From Deltaproteobacteria bacterium (lineage in GTDB: Bacteria; Myxococcota; JACRCW01): a DNA stretch of 64,000 nt. The stretch lies in assembly GCA_016218805.1 (NCBI GenBank), contig JACRCW010000085.1, positions 62,001 to 126,000 of the forward strand, in the 5' to 3' direction. The notes beneath the pieces were generated by a model. That model saw nothing but the letters and a program-made list of their open reading frames with translations, did no database searches and was not told where the DNA came from. The position numbers were made by a program, and so were the translations under genes. Shown here piece after piece: positions 47,192 through 56,517 of the stretch (the first letter of the stretch is position 1; the number at the start of each line of letters is the position of its first letter).

Positions 47192-49581
47192 GCGCGGGCC
47201 CACGCCGCCCTCCGCCGTCCCACCAGCGCCAGCACCAGCAGCGCCACCAGGAGGAGCGCATACGTGCCCGGTTCCGGAATCGCCGGCACGGCGGTGGGGT
47301 CACCCGGGGTCAGCCCGGCCGCGCGCTCCTGCTGCGCCGTCTCCAGCACCACGGCGCCGGTCACGCGCGTGACCAGGCCGTAACGCGCGGCCAGCGCCAC
47401 CGCGTCGGCGTCGGCCCCCCTGGCCCGGGTAGCGTGCAGGCGTTCCACCTCCGCCGCGGCCCACAGCCGGGTCAGGTGGTCTGAGGTCCGCGTGCCCGGC
47501 GGTTGCTGCACGGTGGTTCCCATGCGGAGCTGCAGACGCGGAGTGGCGGCGTCAAACCGGCGGAACACGCGCTCCAGCGCGGCGCGCGCATCGCCCGTTC
47601 CGTCCTCGCGAATCACCGCGCCATCCTGCCACAGCGCGTTGCCCACCTCGTCACCACCCTCCGCCAGCGGTACGTCGTACAACATGGGTGGGTGCTCACT
47701 GCGGTCCTGCAACTGCGCCAACGACAGCGTCACGCCCCGCACGGGCTGCGGCCCATGCACCCACACGACGACACCCCGCCCGGCCTCCGCGGCCTCCAGC
47801 GCGGCCCACAGCGCCCGGGCGTTGTCCTGACCGCCGAGCCACACCACACCGGACAGCGACGTCTCCAGCGCTGCGCGCGCGGCCGCTCCCCAGGCGGTCT
47901 CCGGGAGCAGTTCCACCACCGTGTCCCCGGCCAGCCAGGCGCGCACCCGCAGCCCGTCCGGCAGTGCGGCCAACGCTTCCCGGAGTGCGGGCGCGGACGC
48001 GCGCATGCCCCGTGAACCGTCAATGACCAGTGCCAGCAACCCCGGTGGCGCCGCCGTCTGCTCATCCAGCCGCAGCGTCACGCGCCGCCCGGGCTCCTTG
48101 GGGTCCTCAGCCCACGCGTCACGCACGGCGCCGTCACGCGTGAGGCGCACGCGCGCGCGCGCCAGCCCGGCGTGGGTCAACGCGCCCCGCAGCGCGTAGG
48201 CGCCGTCGTCACGTTGCTGCGGGAGCAGGCCGTCCACACCGGTCAGCTCGCGCCGGGATTCCAGCCACACCTGGTGGATGGCGTCGTCACTGACGCGGAA
48301 GTTGCGCTGCGCCAGCCGCGGGAGGGCGAGGACTGCGCCACCGGGCCCGTCAGCAGACAGCGGCGCCGTGATGCCAATGCGGATCTTCATGGACGCGCCG
48401 GGCACCACGGGGAAGCACTGCACCAGGACGCGGTCCGGACCGGACACTGTCACCAGCAGCGGGTCACGCTGGCGGCGCACCACGGCCTCGTACGCCTGGC
48501 GCGCCGTGGCGCGGGACGCAATGGCCGCCTCACGCGGTTCACCGTTGACCCACAGCGTGGCGCGGGACACCACGCCACCCGGTGGCAGGGCCAGTTCCGC
48601 GCGCGCCTCCGCCGCGCGGGACCCGCTGTTCTGGAACTCCAGCGTCCACTCCGTGTAGGCCAGCATCCCGTCGGCGTCGACGCTGGCGTCCAGCCGAGAC
48701 CCCGAAAGCGACAGGCTGCGCAGGCGGGCGCCCACCGCTTCGCCGCCCTGGTCCCCATCCCACTCCCAGCCGTCATCCATCCAGCGCTGGGTGTCCAGCC
48801 GCGGGGGAGGCGGGACGGCGTTGAACGGCTCGCCGTACACCCGCCAGTAGACGGCCCGGGCCTGCGTGACTGACACGTCCCCGCCCAGCCCCAACAGCGA
48901 CGAGACGATGTCCTTGTGACCGCCGTTGGCGACGTAACAGCGGCGCAGCAGCACGCCACGTTCCGTCCAGCGCCGCAGCATGCGCACACCGTCCAGCGCC
49001 ACCCGGTCATCCGCGGAGCCGGCCCGCTGGAGCGCCACGGACGTCCACACGCGCGGCAGGTCCGCCGCCACCAGGGCCAGCCACGCGGCGCCCACGCCCA
49101 CCGCCCAGGGCCGCCAACCACCGCCGGCACGGCGCATCCACAGGGTGGCGCGGACCGCCGCAACCAACGCAAGCACCGGAGTGAGCGGGAGGATCCCCAG
49201 GCCGAACACCAGCGCCACCACCGCCAGCGGCATGATGGGCAGGAACAGCAGCGCGTAGAAAGCGCAAGTTCCGGCAGCCAGGCCCGCTGCAAACGATAGA
49301 AACGGACCCGCGGGCAGGCGCTGGCGTGACGCAACCAGGACCATCCCGAGCCCCGCGGGCACCAGCGCCACCAGCACCACGTGTGCCGGCGTGCGCAGCG
49401 GGTCAAACAGGTCCTGCGCACACATGTGCGTGATCATCTCGGTCAGCCACGTCCCCACGGGCAGCAGGACACCGGCGATCAACGTGCCCAGACCCAGGGG
49501 CCGCGGGGCGGGTGGCGCCGGCGGCGTGGGGACATTCCCGGGGCTCGCAGCCGAGGCGGGCGGAAGGGGGCGTGGGGACAT
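47188..49581 (-). CDS. Membrane protein with a VIT domain, a degenerate vWA domain and a C-terminal PEP-CTERM tail
   Basis: N-terminal TM bundle; EWTLEF.N...EAR....LPPGGVVSRATLWVNG..REA, RDPLLV, QCFPV; IDGSRGM; ends IPEPGTYALLLVALLVLALVGRRR; GAGGAGG RBS. Confidence 0.88.
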   Translation of the reverse strand: MSPRPLPPASAASPGNVPTPPAPPAPRPLGLGTLIAGVLLPVGTWLTEMITHMCAQDLFDPLRTPAHVVLVALVPAGLGMVLVASRQRLPAGPFLSFAAGLAAGTCAFYALLFLPIMPLAVVALVFGLGILPLTPVLALVAAVRATLWMRRAGGGWRPWAVGVGAAWLALVAADLPRVWTSVALQRAGSADDRVALDGVRMLRRWTERGVLLRRCYVANGGHKDIVSSLLGLGGDVSVTQARAVYWRVYGEPFNAVPPPPRLDTQRWMDDGWEWDGDQGGEAVGARLRSLSLSGSRLDASVDADGMLAYTEWTLEFQNSGSRAAEARAELALPPGGVVSRATLWVNGEPREAAIASRATARQAYEAVVRRQRDPLLVTVSGPDRVLVQCFPVVPGASMKIRIGITAPLSADGPGGAVLALPRLAQRNFRVSDDAIHQVWLESRRELTGVDGLLPQQRDDGAYALRGALTHAGLARARVRLTRDGAVRDAWAEDPKEPGRRVTLRLDEQTAAPPGLLALVIDGSRGMRASAPALREALAALPDGLRVRAWLAGDTVVELLPETAWGAAARAALETSLSGVVWLGGQDNARALWAALEAAEAGRGVVVWVHGPQPVRGVTLSLAQLQDRSEHPPMLYDVPLAEGGDEVGNALWQDGAVIREDGTGDARAALERVFRRFDAATPRLQLRMGTTVQQPPGTRTSDHLTRLWAAAEVERLHATRARGADADAVALAARYGLVTRVTGAVVLETAQQERAAGLTPGDPTAVPAIPEPGTYALLLVALLVLALVGRRRAAWARA

Positions 49582-49776
49582 GGGGGTTCCTCCTCGAGGG
49601 TGAACGGGAGGATGTCGCAATCCGGGTGCCAACGCAGCCCCGTGGGAATCAGCGCCGCTCAAGTGCGTTCTGCGCAGCGGTGAGCAGCGCATCGCGCCAT
49701 GGGTACACGCGGGCTTGCTCCACGCCCAGGCGGGCGGCGTGCGGGCGCGGCGAAGGAAGGCCGGCCGGCCCGGGCC

Positions 49777-49986
49777 TCAGGGGCGCGCGGTTGCCTGGTA
49801 GCCCGCGTCCACCACCGCCTGGGTCATGGCCGGGGCGGCGGGCAGCGTGGCGCCCTCCAGCGTGGCCTGGCCCGACGCCAGGTCAACAACAACCGTCTGC
49901 ACACCGGGCAGCTTCTCCAGCGCCTTCTGCACGTGGCGCACACAGTTCTGGCAGGTCATTCCCTGGACATCGAGCACGGCCTTCAT
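49777..49986 (-). CDS. Heavy-metal-associated (HMA) domain protein, CopZ-like
   Basis: VQGMTCQNCV (GMxCxxC), AGY; GGAGGA RBS. Confidence 0.9.
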   Translation of the reverse strand: MKAVLDVQGMTCQNCVRHVQKALEKLPGVQTVVVDLASGQATLEGATLPAAPAMTQAVVDAGYQATARP

Positions 49987-50086
49987 CGCTTCCTCCTCCA
50001 CCGCGTCGGACGGGCGGTGGGCGCAGGGCACGTAGCGGATGGGGCATCGCCTGTCGACCCGGGGCTGCCGCGTTATGCCTCCGCCC

Positions 50087-50968
50087 ATGACGGCGGCCGG
50101 GTTTTCAACGCGCGCACGGCGGCTGCCCACCTTGGGCGTGGGCATTTCCACGGAATACGGGGCATCGCAGTCGGGCGCGCTGCACCCGCTGGACCTGCAC
50201 GCGCGTCATCCTGGCGTGGTGGAGTTCCTGGAGTTGGGCGTGGAGACGGTGAAGGGATTGGACGCGGACGGTCAGGCGTGGGCGGACGCCGGCCTGCCCA
50301 CCACCTACCACTTCCTGGACGTCAACCTGGACGAACCCGACGACCTGGACGAGGACTGGCTGGAGGAAGTGCGTGCGTTGTTGCAGCGGGCGCGCCCCGC
50401 GTGGCTGTGTGGTGACGCGGGGCTGTGGCACCTGGGCGCGCGCGAGCGCGGACACATGCTGCTGCTGCCACCCATCCTCTCCCACGACGGCGTGGCTCCG
50501 ATGGCGGACGGGATCCGCGCGCTGCGCGCGGCCACCGGACTGGAGGTGTTTCCGGAGAACCCGCCGGGTCGCGTGTTTCTCGGTGACCTGCACGTGCTGG
50601 ACTTCTTCGGTCGTGTGGTGGACGCCGCGGACACCGGCCTGCTGCTGGACTGCGCCCACCTGGCCATCTTCCAGCGCCTGCGCGGGCTGCCGCCGCTGGC
50701 GGGGCTGGACGGCTTTCCGCTGGACCGCGTGGTGGAGATGCACGTGGCCGGCGGCACACCCATGGAGCATGACGGATTCCGCTGGGTGGAAGATGACCAC
50801 GGCCCGGAGCCGCTGGCGGACACGTGGATGATCTTTGACCACGTGGTGGCGCGCGCTCCCAACCTGCGCGCCGTGGTCTTCGAGTGCGAGCGCAACACCG
50901 CCGACGAGATCCTGCCCGGGTTCCACCGCCTCCACGCAGCGCTGGCCGGGCGCGGGACGCGCCGGTGA
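50087..50968 (+). CDS. DUF692-family multinuclear non-heme iron oxidase (MNIO), divergent
   Basis: LGVGI start; YH, ENP, LLLDCAH, PLDRVVEMHVAGG, DDH, FECE motif series. Confidence 0.85.
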   Translation: MTAAGFSTRARRLPTLGVGISTEYGASQSGALHPLDLHARHPGVVEFLELGVETVKGLDADGQAWADAGLPTTYHFLDVNLDEPDDLDEDWLEEVRALLQRARPAWLCGDAGLWHLGARERGHMLLLPPILSHDGVAPMADGIRALRAATGLEVFPENPPGRVFLGDLHVLDFFGRVVDAADTGLLLDCAHLAIFQRLRGLPPLAGLDGFPLDRVVEMHVAGGTPMEHDGFRWVEDDHGPEPLADTWMIFDHVVARAPNLRAVVFECERNTADEILPGFHRLHAALAGRGTRR

Positions 50969-51816
50969 CCGCCGCGGCGCTGCAGCGCGTGGTGGTCCGG
51001 TGCCTGTTTGATCCGGCGCTGCACGACGCCATCCGCGCGGACGGTGACCGCGCGCTGGCGGGCGTGCCGCTGTCCGCCGACGAGCGCCGGTGGATCACCG
51101 CGGCCGACGGGCGGGCGCTGCGCGCGGACCCGCTCCGGCGGAGGAGTGCGCTGAAGAGCCTGATGGAGGAGTACCGGACCGCCAGCGCGCTGGCGGTGGG
51201 CCTGACACGCCGCCTGGCCACGCTGGACGCGTTTTTCTCGTCCGGACTGTTTCACCGCGCCGTGCAGGACCGGGGATCCCTGGGCGCCGCGTTTGGGGCG
51301 TACCTGGTGCAACTGGCGGACGGTGCGCTGGCTGAGCCGCGCCTCCGCCACCTGGCCACCCTGGAGCGTGCGCTGGCGCGTGTGCGTCGCGCGCCCCGCC
51401 CGCGGCCGGTGCTTCCCGCACCGCTGCGTGACAACGGACGCTACCGCACCGCGCCGCATGTGGTTCCCCTCTCCGTCGCCGGCGGGACCCTGGAGGTCCT
51501 GCATGCGCTTGAACGCCTGCTGTTTGACATCACGCTTGCACCGGCGGCCGCCCTTGCCGACGACGGCCCGCGCCTGGGCCCCCTGCCCGCGCTGGACGCC
51601 TCCACGCGCCACCTGCTGGCGGAGCGTGCCCCGGGCGTGCACGAGGCCACCCTTGCCGATGCCACCGCCGGCCTGTGCGGCCTGCTGTGGCACGCGGCCA
51701 CGCCGGTCACCGGTGCGGCCCTGCAGGCGCACGCCCGGGAACTGGGGGCGGACGCGGCGGAGGCGCCGGCGCTGGTGCAGGGTCTGCTGGACACCGGCCT
51801 GTTGCGGCCCTGCTGA
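50965..51816 (+). CDS. MNIO partner protein (DUF2063/RRE-like position and architecture)
   Basis: GTGA coupling to DUF692; helical N-terminus, FF.S..F, F..YL, LATLERA, C-terminal winged-helix-like LVQGLLDTGLL. Confidence 0.7.
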   Translation: MTAAALQRVVVRCLFDPALHDAIRADGDRALAGVPLSADERRWITAADGRALRADPLRRRSALKSLMEEYRTASALAVGLTRRLATLDAFFSSGLFHRAVQDRGSLGAAFGAYLVQLADGALAEPRLRHLATLERALARVRRAPRPRPVLPAPLRDNGRYRTAPHVVPLSVAGGTLEVLHALERLLFDITLAPAAALADDGPRLGPLPALDASTRHLLAERAPGVHEATLADATAGLCGLLWHAATPVTGAALQAHARELGADAAEAPALVQGLLDTGLLRPC

Positions 51817-51859
51817 CGCCGTTGCGCCGCTCTTCTGCACGTGGGACACGCGCCGGACC

Positions 51860-52627
51860 ATGTGCACCATTGGCTCCGTGGTGGACCGCGCCGGCGGGCG
51901 CATCCGCACCTTCAAGCAGTGCGACCTTCCCGTCCTGACCCGGTTCCTGCCGCCGTCCGTGGAGGAGGGTGCGGACGGCATCTGGTACCTCCCGTTCCGG
52001 CGCGAAGGCGCCGCCGGCCCGTGGGCGGGCGTCAACAACTACGGCGTGGCGCTGGTGGCCGCGGACGCCTACCTGGACCCGGAGCTCAACAACCCCTCGG
52101 AGCCCGAGGGTGATGCGCTGGAGGCCTATGAGCACGTGGTTGCCCGGTTCATGTCAGCGCAGGGGGCGGCGGAGTTCATGGCCGGTTTCTACGAGGACCT
52201 CGGTGCGCCGGACATCGTGCTCGTCAGCGACCCGCGCGAGGCGTTTCTGGTTGAGTACTCGCCGACGTGGGGCGTGCGGGTGGCCCACGCGGAGGCGGGC
52301 TTCCTGGCATCCACCAACCACTTCCAGTTGCTTCCCGGCGGCATCACGGAGGACCAGGACCCCAGCACGCACGCCCGGCTGGCGCGCGCGGTGGACCTCC
52401 TGGGTGAGGACCCCTCCACCGACGGTGTCCATGACCTGCTGTGTGACCAGGCGTACGGCGCCACGGACCTCTCCATCTGCCGCGTGGCGGAGCGTCCCGG
52501 CGGCTACTTCACGCAGGCCTCGGTCCTGTTTGAGGTGGACGAGGACGGCCGCGTGGACTGTGCCTATCAGCTCAACGGCAACCCGCGCGCCACGTTGTGG
52601 GTCCCGGTGCCGGACGTGTTTGGCTAG
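51860..52627 (+). CDS. N-terminal nucleophile (Ntn) Cys hydrolase/acyltransferase, C45-like
   Basis: Starts M-C-T; GVNNYGVAL, VSD....LVE, STNHF, ST.ARL motifs. Confidence 0.8.
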   Translation: MCTIGSVVDRAGGRIRTFKQCDLPVLTRFLPPSVEEGADGIWYLPFRREGAAGPWAGVNNYGVALVAADAYLDPELNNPSEPEGDALEAYEHVVARFMSAQGAAEFMAGFYEDLGAPDIVLVSDPREAFLVEYSPTWGVRVAHAEAGFLASTNHFQLLPGGITEDQDPSTHARLARAVDLLGEDPSTDGVHDLLCDQAYGATDLSICRVAERPGGYFTQASVLFEVDEDGRVDCAYQLNGNPRATLWVPVPDVFG

Positions 52628-52672
52628 CGGGCACGCCTTTACACGGCCCCGCGCGCGCTTGATCATCCGCCC

Positions 52673-53308
52673 ATGAAGTTCGGTGTGCAGCGTCGTGGCA
52701 TCTACCTGGCGCCCCTGCGCGGGCTGGACCGCATGTGGATCTTTTCGCAGCTGGAGGCCCCGGAGATCCGGGACAACCTGGGCGTGGAGGAGGGTGACCA
52801 GTTGGGGCTGCGCATGGAGCACAGCCTGGGGAAGATTGTGCTGGGCACCATCCGGCGGGTGGTGAACCGGCAGCGGATAGGTTTTGTGGCCATGCGGCAC
52901 CCGGCGGGGGACCAGGATTTCTGGGACTTCAGCTACGCGATTCCCGACGCGCGCCACCGGGACGCCTTCAGCGCCATGCACTCCATTGATGCCATTGTGC
53001 ACTACATGCTGGACCACCTGGGCGTACCCGCGGTGGGCGGCCTCACGCGTGAGGACAACCTCCCCGCGCAAGTGGTGGCCCGGCGCATTGGCTACCGCAT
53101 CATTGACACGCGCGACTACGGCGACGGCATCCGCTGGTCCGTGTTTCGCTTTGGCCGCGAGGAATGGGCGCGGCGGGTGGCCCGGCTGGAGCGCGGCGAG
53201 GCCTCCCACCCGTCCGGCCTGGGCCGCGTCTTCCACGTGCTGCCGGAGGCGCCGTTTGACCCGGTGGTCACCCCGGAGTTGCTGGCGGAACACGGTGGGG
53301 ACGGGTGA
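52673..53308 (+). CDS. GNAT-fold protein (RimJ/RimL-like) with an atypical CoA-binding loop
   Basis: RIGFV, FSYAIPD..HR, EDNLPAQ.VARRIGY motif B. Confidence 0.7.
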   Translation: MKFGVQRRGIYLAPLRGLDRMWIFSQLEAPEIRDNLGVEEGDQLGLRMEHSLGKIVLGTIRRVVNRQRIGFVAMRHPAGDQDFWDFSYAIPDARHRDAFSAMHSIDAIVHYMLDHLGVPAVGGLTREDNLPAQVVARRIGYRIIDTRDYGDGIRWSVFRFGREEWARRVARLERGEASHPSGLGRVFHVLPEAPFDPVVTPELLAEHGGDG

Positions 53309-54033
53309 GCGCTGCCGCCCGGAGCCTGGCCGCGCGCCTGCGGGCGGCGCCGCACTCCGTCGCCACGCTGTCCGTCCGCCTGGCCGGCATCCCGCTGCGG
53401 CGCCAGGGCACGCATGACTCGCTTTGCGCTTACTACGCGGCGGCCACCGCGCTGTGCGCGCTGCACCCGTGGATGGCGGAGGGGTTTGATGCGTCCCGCG
53501 CGGAGCATGATCCGTTGCTGGCGCACCTGCCGCGCCGCGGCCGCTCACTGGACGCGCTGGTGACGGGCGCCCTGTTCACCGGGCTGCACCTGCGGGACCT
53601 GGCCACGGCCATGAACCGCGTCTGCCGTGGCACCGGGACCCTGTTCCAGTACCGCGTGCTCCACCGCCGGGCGGTGGCCCAGGTGGCCGCCCCGGTGTTG
53701 GCCGGCCTCCCCGCGGTGCTCGGCTGGGAGGGCCCGGAAATCGGCAATCACACCGTGGTGGTGCACGGTGTGAAGCGGGCCCGCGGCGCGCCACGGACGT
53801 GGCTGGAGTTGCTGGACCCCGCGCTGGCGCTGGACGCGGTGGAGTGGGGCCAGTTGGTGGCGCTGGCCGGCGGGACCCTGGAGGCCATCCTGTGCGTGCG
53901 CCACGCGGGCATGCGCCCGGACCGGGTGACCACCGCCAAGGGGCCGGGCGGAAACCTGGTGCGCAGCCACTGCCGCGTGGAGCGCCTGGACCCGCGCACG
54001 GAGCGGTGGACGGCGCTGGTGGCGCCGGCATGA
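53305..54033 (+). CDS. Papain-fold cysteine peptidase (C39-like)
   Basis: Q.....C..YA (RQGTHDSLCAYYA), NHTVVVHG, LLDP; GTGA coupling to the GNAT gene. Confidence 0.72.
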   Translation: MSAAARSLAARLRAAPHSVATLSVRLAGIPLRRQGTHDSLCAYYAAATALCALHPWMAEGFDASRAEHDPLLAHLPRRGRSLDALVTGALFTGLHLRDLATAMNRVCRGTGTLFQYRVLHRRAVAQVAAPVLAGLPAVLGWEGPEIGNHTVVVHGVKRARGAPRTWLELLDPALALDAVEWGQLVALAGGTLEAILCVRHAGMRPDRVTTAKGPGGNLVRSHCRVERLDPRTERWTALVAPA

Positions 54034-54043
54034 CAATCAGCGC

Positions 54044-54718
54044 TCAGCTGCGGCTGGAGGTGTCCCACCACTTGGACAGGGACGCGTGCCGGGGTGCGTG
54101 GTGGATGCCGTAGTGCGAAATGTCGTTGTACAGCAGCAACCGCGCGCGCGTGGCGTCGCGGAAGTCCAGCACGTTGAGACAGCACGGACTCTGGTCCAGC
54201 CGGTCGCGGTAGCCGCGCAGGTCAAAACCCAGCAGACTGCCAATGAGCAGCCGGATGGTGGCCTTGTGGCTGATGACCAACACCGTCTGTTCCGGGTGCT
54301 TCTCCACAATCCCGCGCAGCGCCGGCAGCGCCCGGGCCAGCACCGCCAGGCCGCTCTCCCCGCCCTGCGGCGCGCACGTGAAGGGGTCCGCATCCCAGTT
54401 GGCGTATTCGCCGCCAAACCGGGCCTCAACCTCCGCGCGGGTCAGCTGCTCCCAGCGCCCGTGGTGAATCTCGCGCAGGCCTTCCACCGGCTCAACCTTC
54501 ATGAGGTGCGGCTCCGCCAGGATCTCCGCGGTGCGCTGCGTGCGCTTCATGGGTGAGGCATAGATGGCCGCCAGCGGCGAACCGCGCAGCCGCGCCGCCA
54601 ACATGCGCGCCTGGTGCTCCCCGTCCTCGGACAGCGGCGTGTCCGTGGCACCGCCAAAGCGGTCATCCGCGGACAGCGAGGTCGCGCCATGCCGGACGAG
54701 GAGCACACGCGTGGTCAA
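54044..54718 (-). CDS. Histidine phosphatase family protein
   Basis: LVRHG, SPMKRT..TA, LREI..G.WE, GGES, ISH; TTG start after GGAGG. Confidence 0.92.
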   Translation of the reverse strand: MTTRVLLVRHGATSLSADDRFGGATDTPLSEDGEHQARMLAARLRGSPLAAIYASPMKRTQRTAEILAEPHLMKVEPVEGLREIHHGRWEQLTRAEVEARFGGEYANWDADPFTCAPQGGESGLAVLARALPALRGIVEKHPEQTVLVISHKATIRLLIGSLLGFDLRGYRDRLDQSPCCLNVLDFRDATRARLLLYNDISHYGIHHAPRHASLSKWWDTSSRS

Positions 54719-54778
54719 CCGCCACCTCCGGGCGGAATCCTGTGCCCGGGCGGGGGAGGGAGCAAATTTCCCGGCGGG

Positions 54779-56407
54779 TCAGGGCGCCGGTGGCGCTGCG
54801 CCCGCATCCGGCCCCGGCGCCGCCGCAAGGTCCAGCGCTGCCTCTGCCATCACCTCCGGCGCGCACTGCCCCGTCTCGCTCCATGCCTGGTACAGCCGGT
54901 CGCTCCACGCATCGGACCGGTTCTCTTCGACAAGGAACCGCAGGTACTCCCAGCTCACGGACTGGTAGTACAGACGCACCTCCACGCGCGCGGTGCCCGG
55001 CGGAACGGTCAGCGGGACGTCATCCCAGGACTGGCCGTCCGCGTAGGTGGCGCCCACCGGCGCGGCCAGGTGCGTGGCAAATGCCTGGTTGCTGAACCCC
55101 TCCGGCGGGATGCGGTTGTCGCTCACCATGACGTCATTGAGCACAAAGTGGAATGACTTGCCCGGCTTCTTGCGGTACCGCGCCGCCTGTTTTGGGCTCA
55201 GGCCGGGGAGCGCCTGGTAGACACGCGTCCGCTCCGGGTCCAGCAGCGTGGGGACGCTGACCGGCTTGCCCTTCAGGCGTGCCTCGGTGTTCCCGTAGCG
55301 GCCCACCTCGGCCAGCACCGCGCCCGCCACGTCCAGAAAGCGCGCGTTGACCCACGCGCGGCGCCCCTCCGGGTAGCCGGTGGGCAGCTTGTGGCCGGTC
55401 AGGTTGACCACGCGCACGTTGACCTGCCCCGCGCCGCGCACGGTGAGCTCCAGGCGCGCGGCCCGGCGCAACAACTGGCGTGCCTGCTCCGCGCCCCATT
55501 CCAGCGCGCTGGGGTCCACCTCGCGCGCGGGGAAGATGGCCGCCACGGCCCGCGGCGCCCAGGACGACCCGCCGACGATGGCGTGGCTGACGAAGTGCGG
55601 CCGCTGCAGGCTGCCGAACCGCGACGCCTGCCCGCCACCCGGCACCGCCGGCATGTGACACGCCTGGCACGTGCCCTCCGCGCCCTTCTGCGCAAACGCG
55701 CTCAGCGCCCATTCGCTGTAGGTCCGCTCAATGGCGCCGTAGGCGTGGGGCGGCAGCGTGCGCACGTCAGCGCCAGCCAGCGGGTTGGACACGTTGTGGC
55801 ACGTACCGCACAGCTCACCCGACGCCTGGAACTCCCCCTTCATCACGTTGTGCGGCATGGCCCCCCGCCCGTCCCCGTACGGGCCGCGCACGGTGTTCTC
55901 CCCGTCCACCACCATCATGCCGCTGCCCAACCCGGGCGGAACCGTCTTGGCGTGCTGCGCCGCTTCCGCGCTGCGCGGATCCACCAGGTGGTGGCACACC
56001 TCGCAGCTGACCCCGTGCATGTCCTCCGGCGTCAGCAGCGCCCCGTCCGGCGCCTTGGAGCGTCCCTCCAGCCAGCCCCGCGGGGCGTGACACCGGATGC
56101 ACCACTCGCCCACGCCGGGGATGTCCTGGTTGGCCACCGCCAGCGCGGAACGAAACACCGGGTCCCGCGCGGCCTGGGACATCATGGTTGCCTCCCAGGA
56201 GAAGAACGGGTCCGCGTCACCGTTGCGGGTCTGGTTGTGGCAGCGGCGGCACTGCGCCACCTTGCCCAGCTCAATGCCGCCCTCTCCCGGCTGCGTGCCC
56301 GGCAGGAACACACCTGTGGGAGCAGGCGGCGCGGCCAGCGCGCCCGTGGGCAGGCGGAGCAACGTCACCAGACAAGCGCACGCAACGACGGGCCGACGGA
56401 AGGACAT
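54779..56407 (-). CDS. Pentaheme c-type cytochrome with a C-terminal beta-rich domain
   Basis: Signal peptide; CRRCH, CIRCH, CEVCH, CGTCH, CQACH; GHKLPTGYP; DNRIPP. Confidence 0.88.
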   Translation of the reverse strand: MSFRRPVVACACLVTLLRLPTGALAAPPAPTGVFLPGTQPGEGGIELGKVAQCRRCHNQTRNGDADPFFSWEATMMSQAARDPVFRSALAVANQDIPGVGEWCIRCHAPRGWLEGRSKAPDGALLTPEDMHGVSCEVCHHLVDPRSAEAAQHAKTVPPGLGSGMMVVDGENTVRGPYGDGRGAMPHNVMKGEFQASGELCGTCHNVSNPLAGADVRTLPPHAYGAIERTYSEWALSAFAQKGAEGTCQACHMPAVPGGGQASRFGSLQRPHFVSHAIVGGSSWAPRAVAAIFPAREVDPSALEWGAEQARQLLRRAARLELTVRGAGQVNVRVVNLTGHKLPTGYPEGRRAWVNARFLDVAGAVLAEVGRYGNTEARLKGKPVSVPTLLDPERTRVYQALPGLSPKQAARYRKKPGKSFHFVLNDVMVSDNRIPPEGFSNQAFATHLAAPVGATYADGQSWDDVPLTVPPGTARVEVRLYYQSVSWEYLRFLVEENRSDAWSDRLYQAWSETGQCAPEVMAEAALDLAAAPGPDAGAAPPAP

Positions 56408-56517
56408 GCCCGCCGGGATACCAAGTCTCCCCGGGTGCCGCATGCAGCGCGGCCTGAGCGGATATTCCATTCCGGTTCCGCCCGCCGTTGACTAGGCTCG
56501 CCGCCCGGAGGTGGCCG

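Noticed and set aside
51811..51860. Selenocysteine readthrough at TGC-TGA ending the MNIO partner, or a precursor peptide in the gap
   Set aside because: The readthrough sequence is not protein-like and runs out of frame into the next gene; no SECIS-like hairpin or short ORF was recognised
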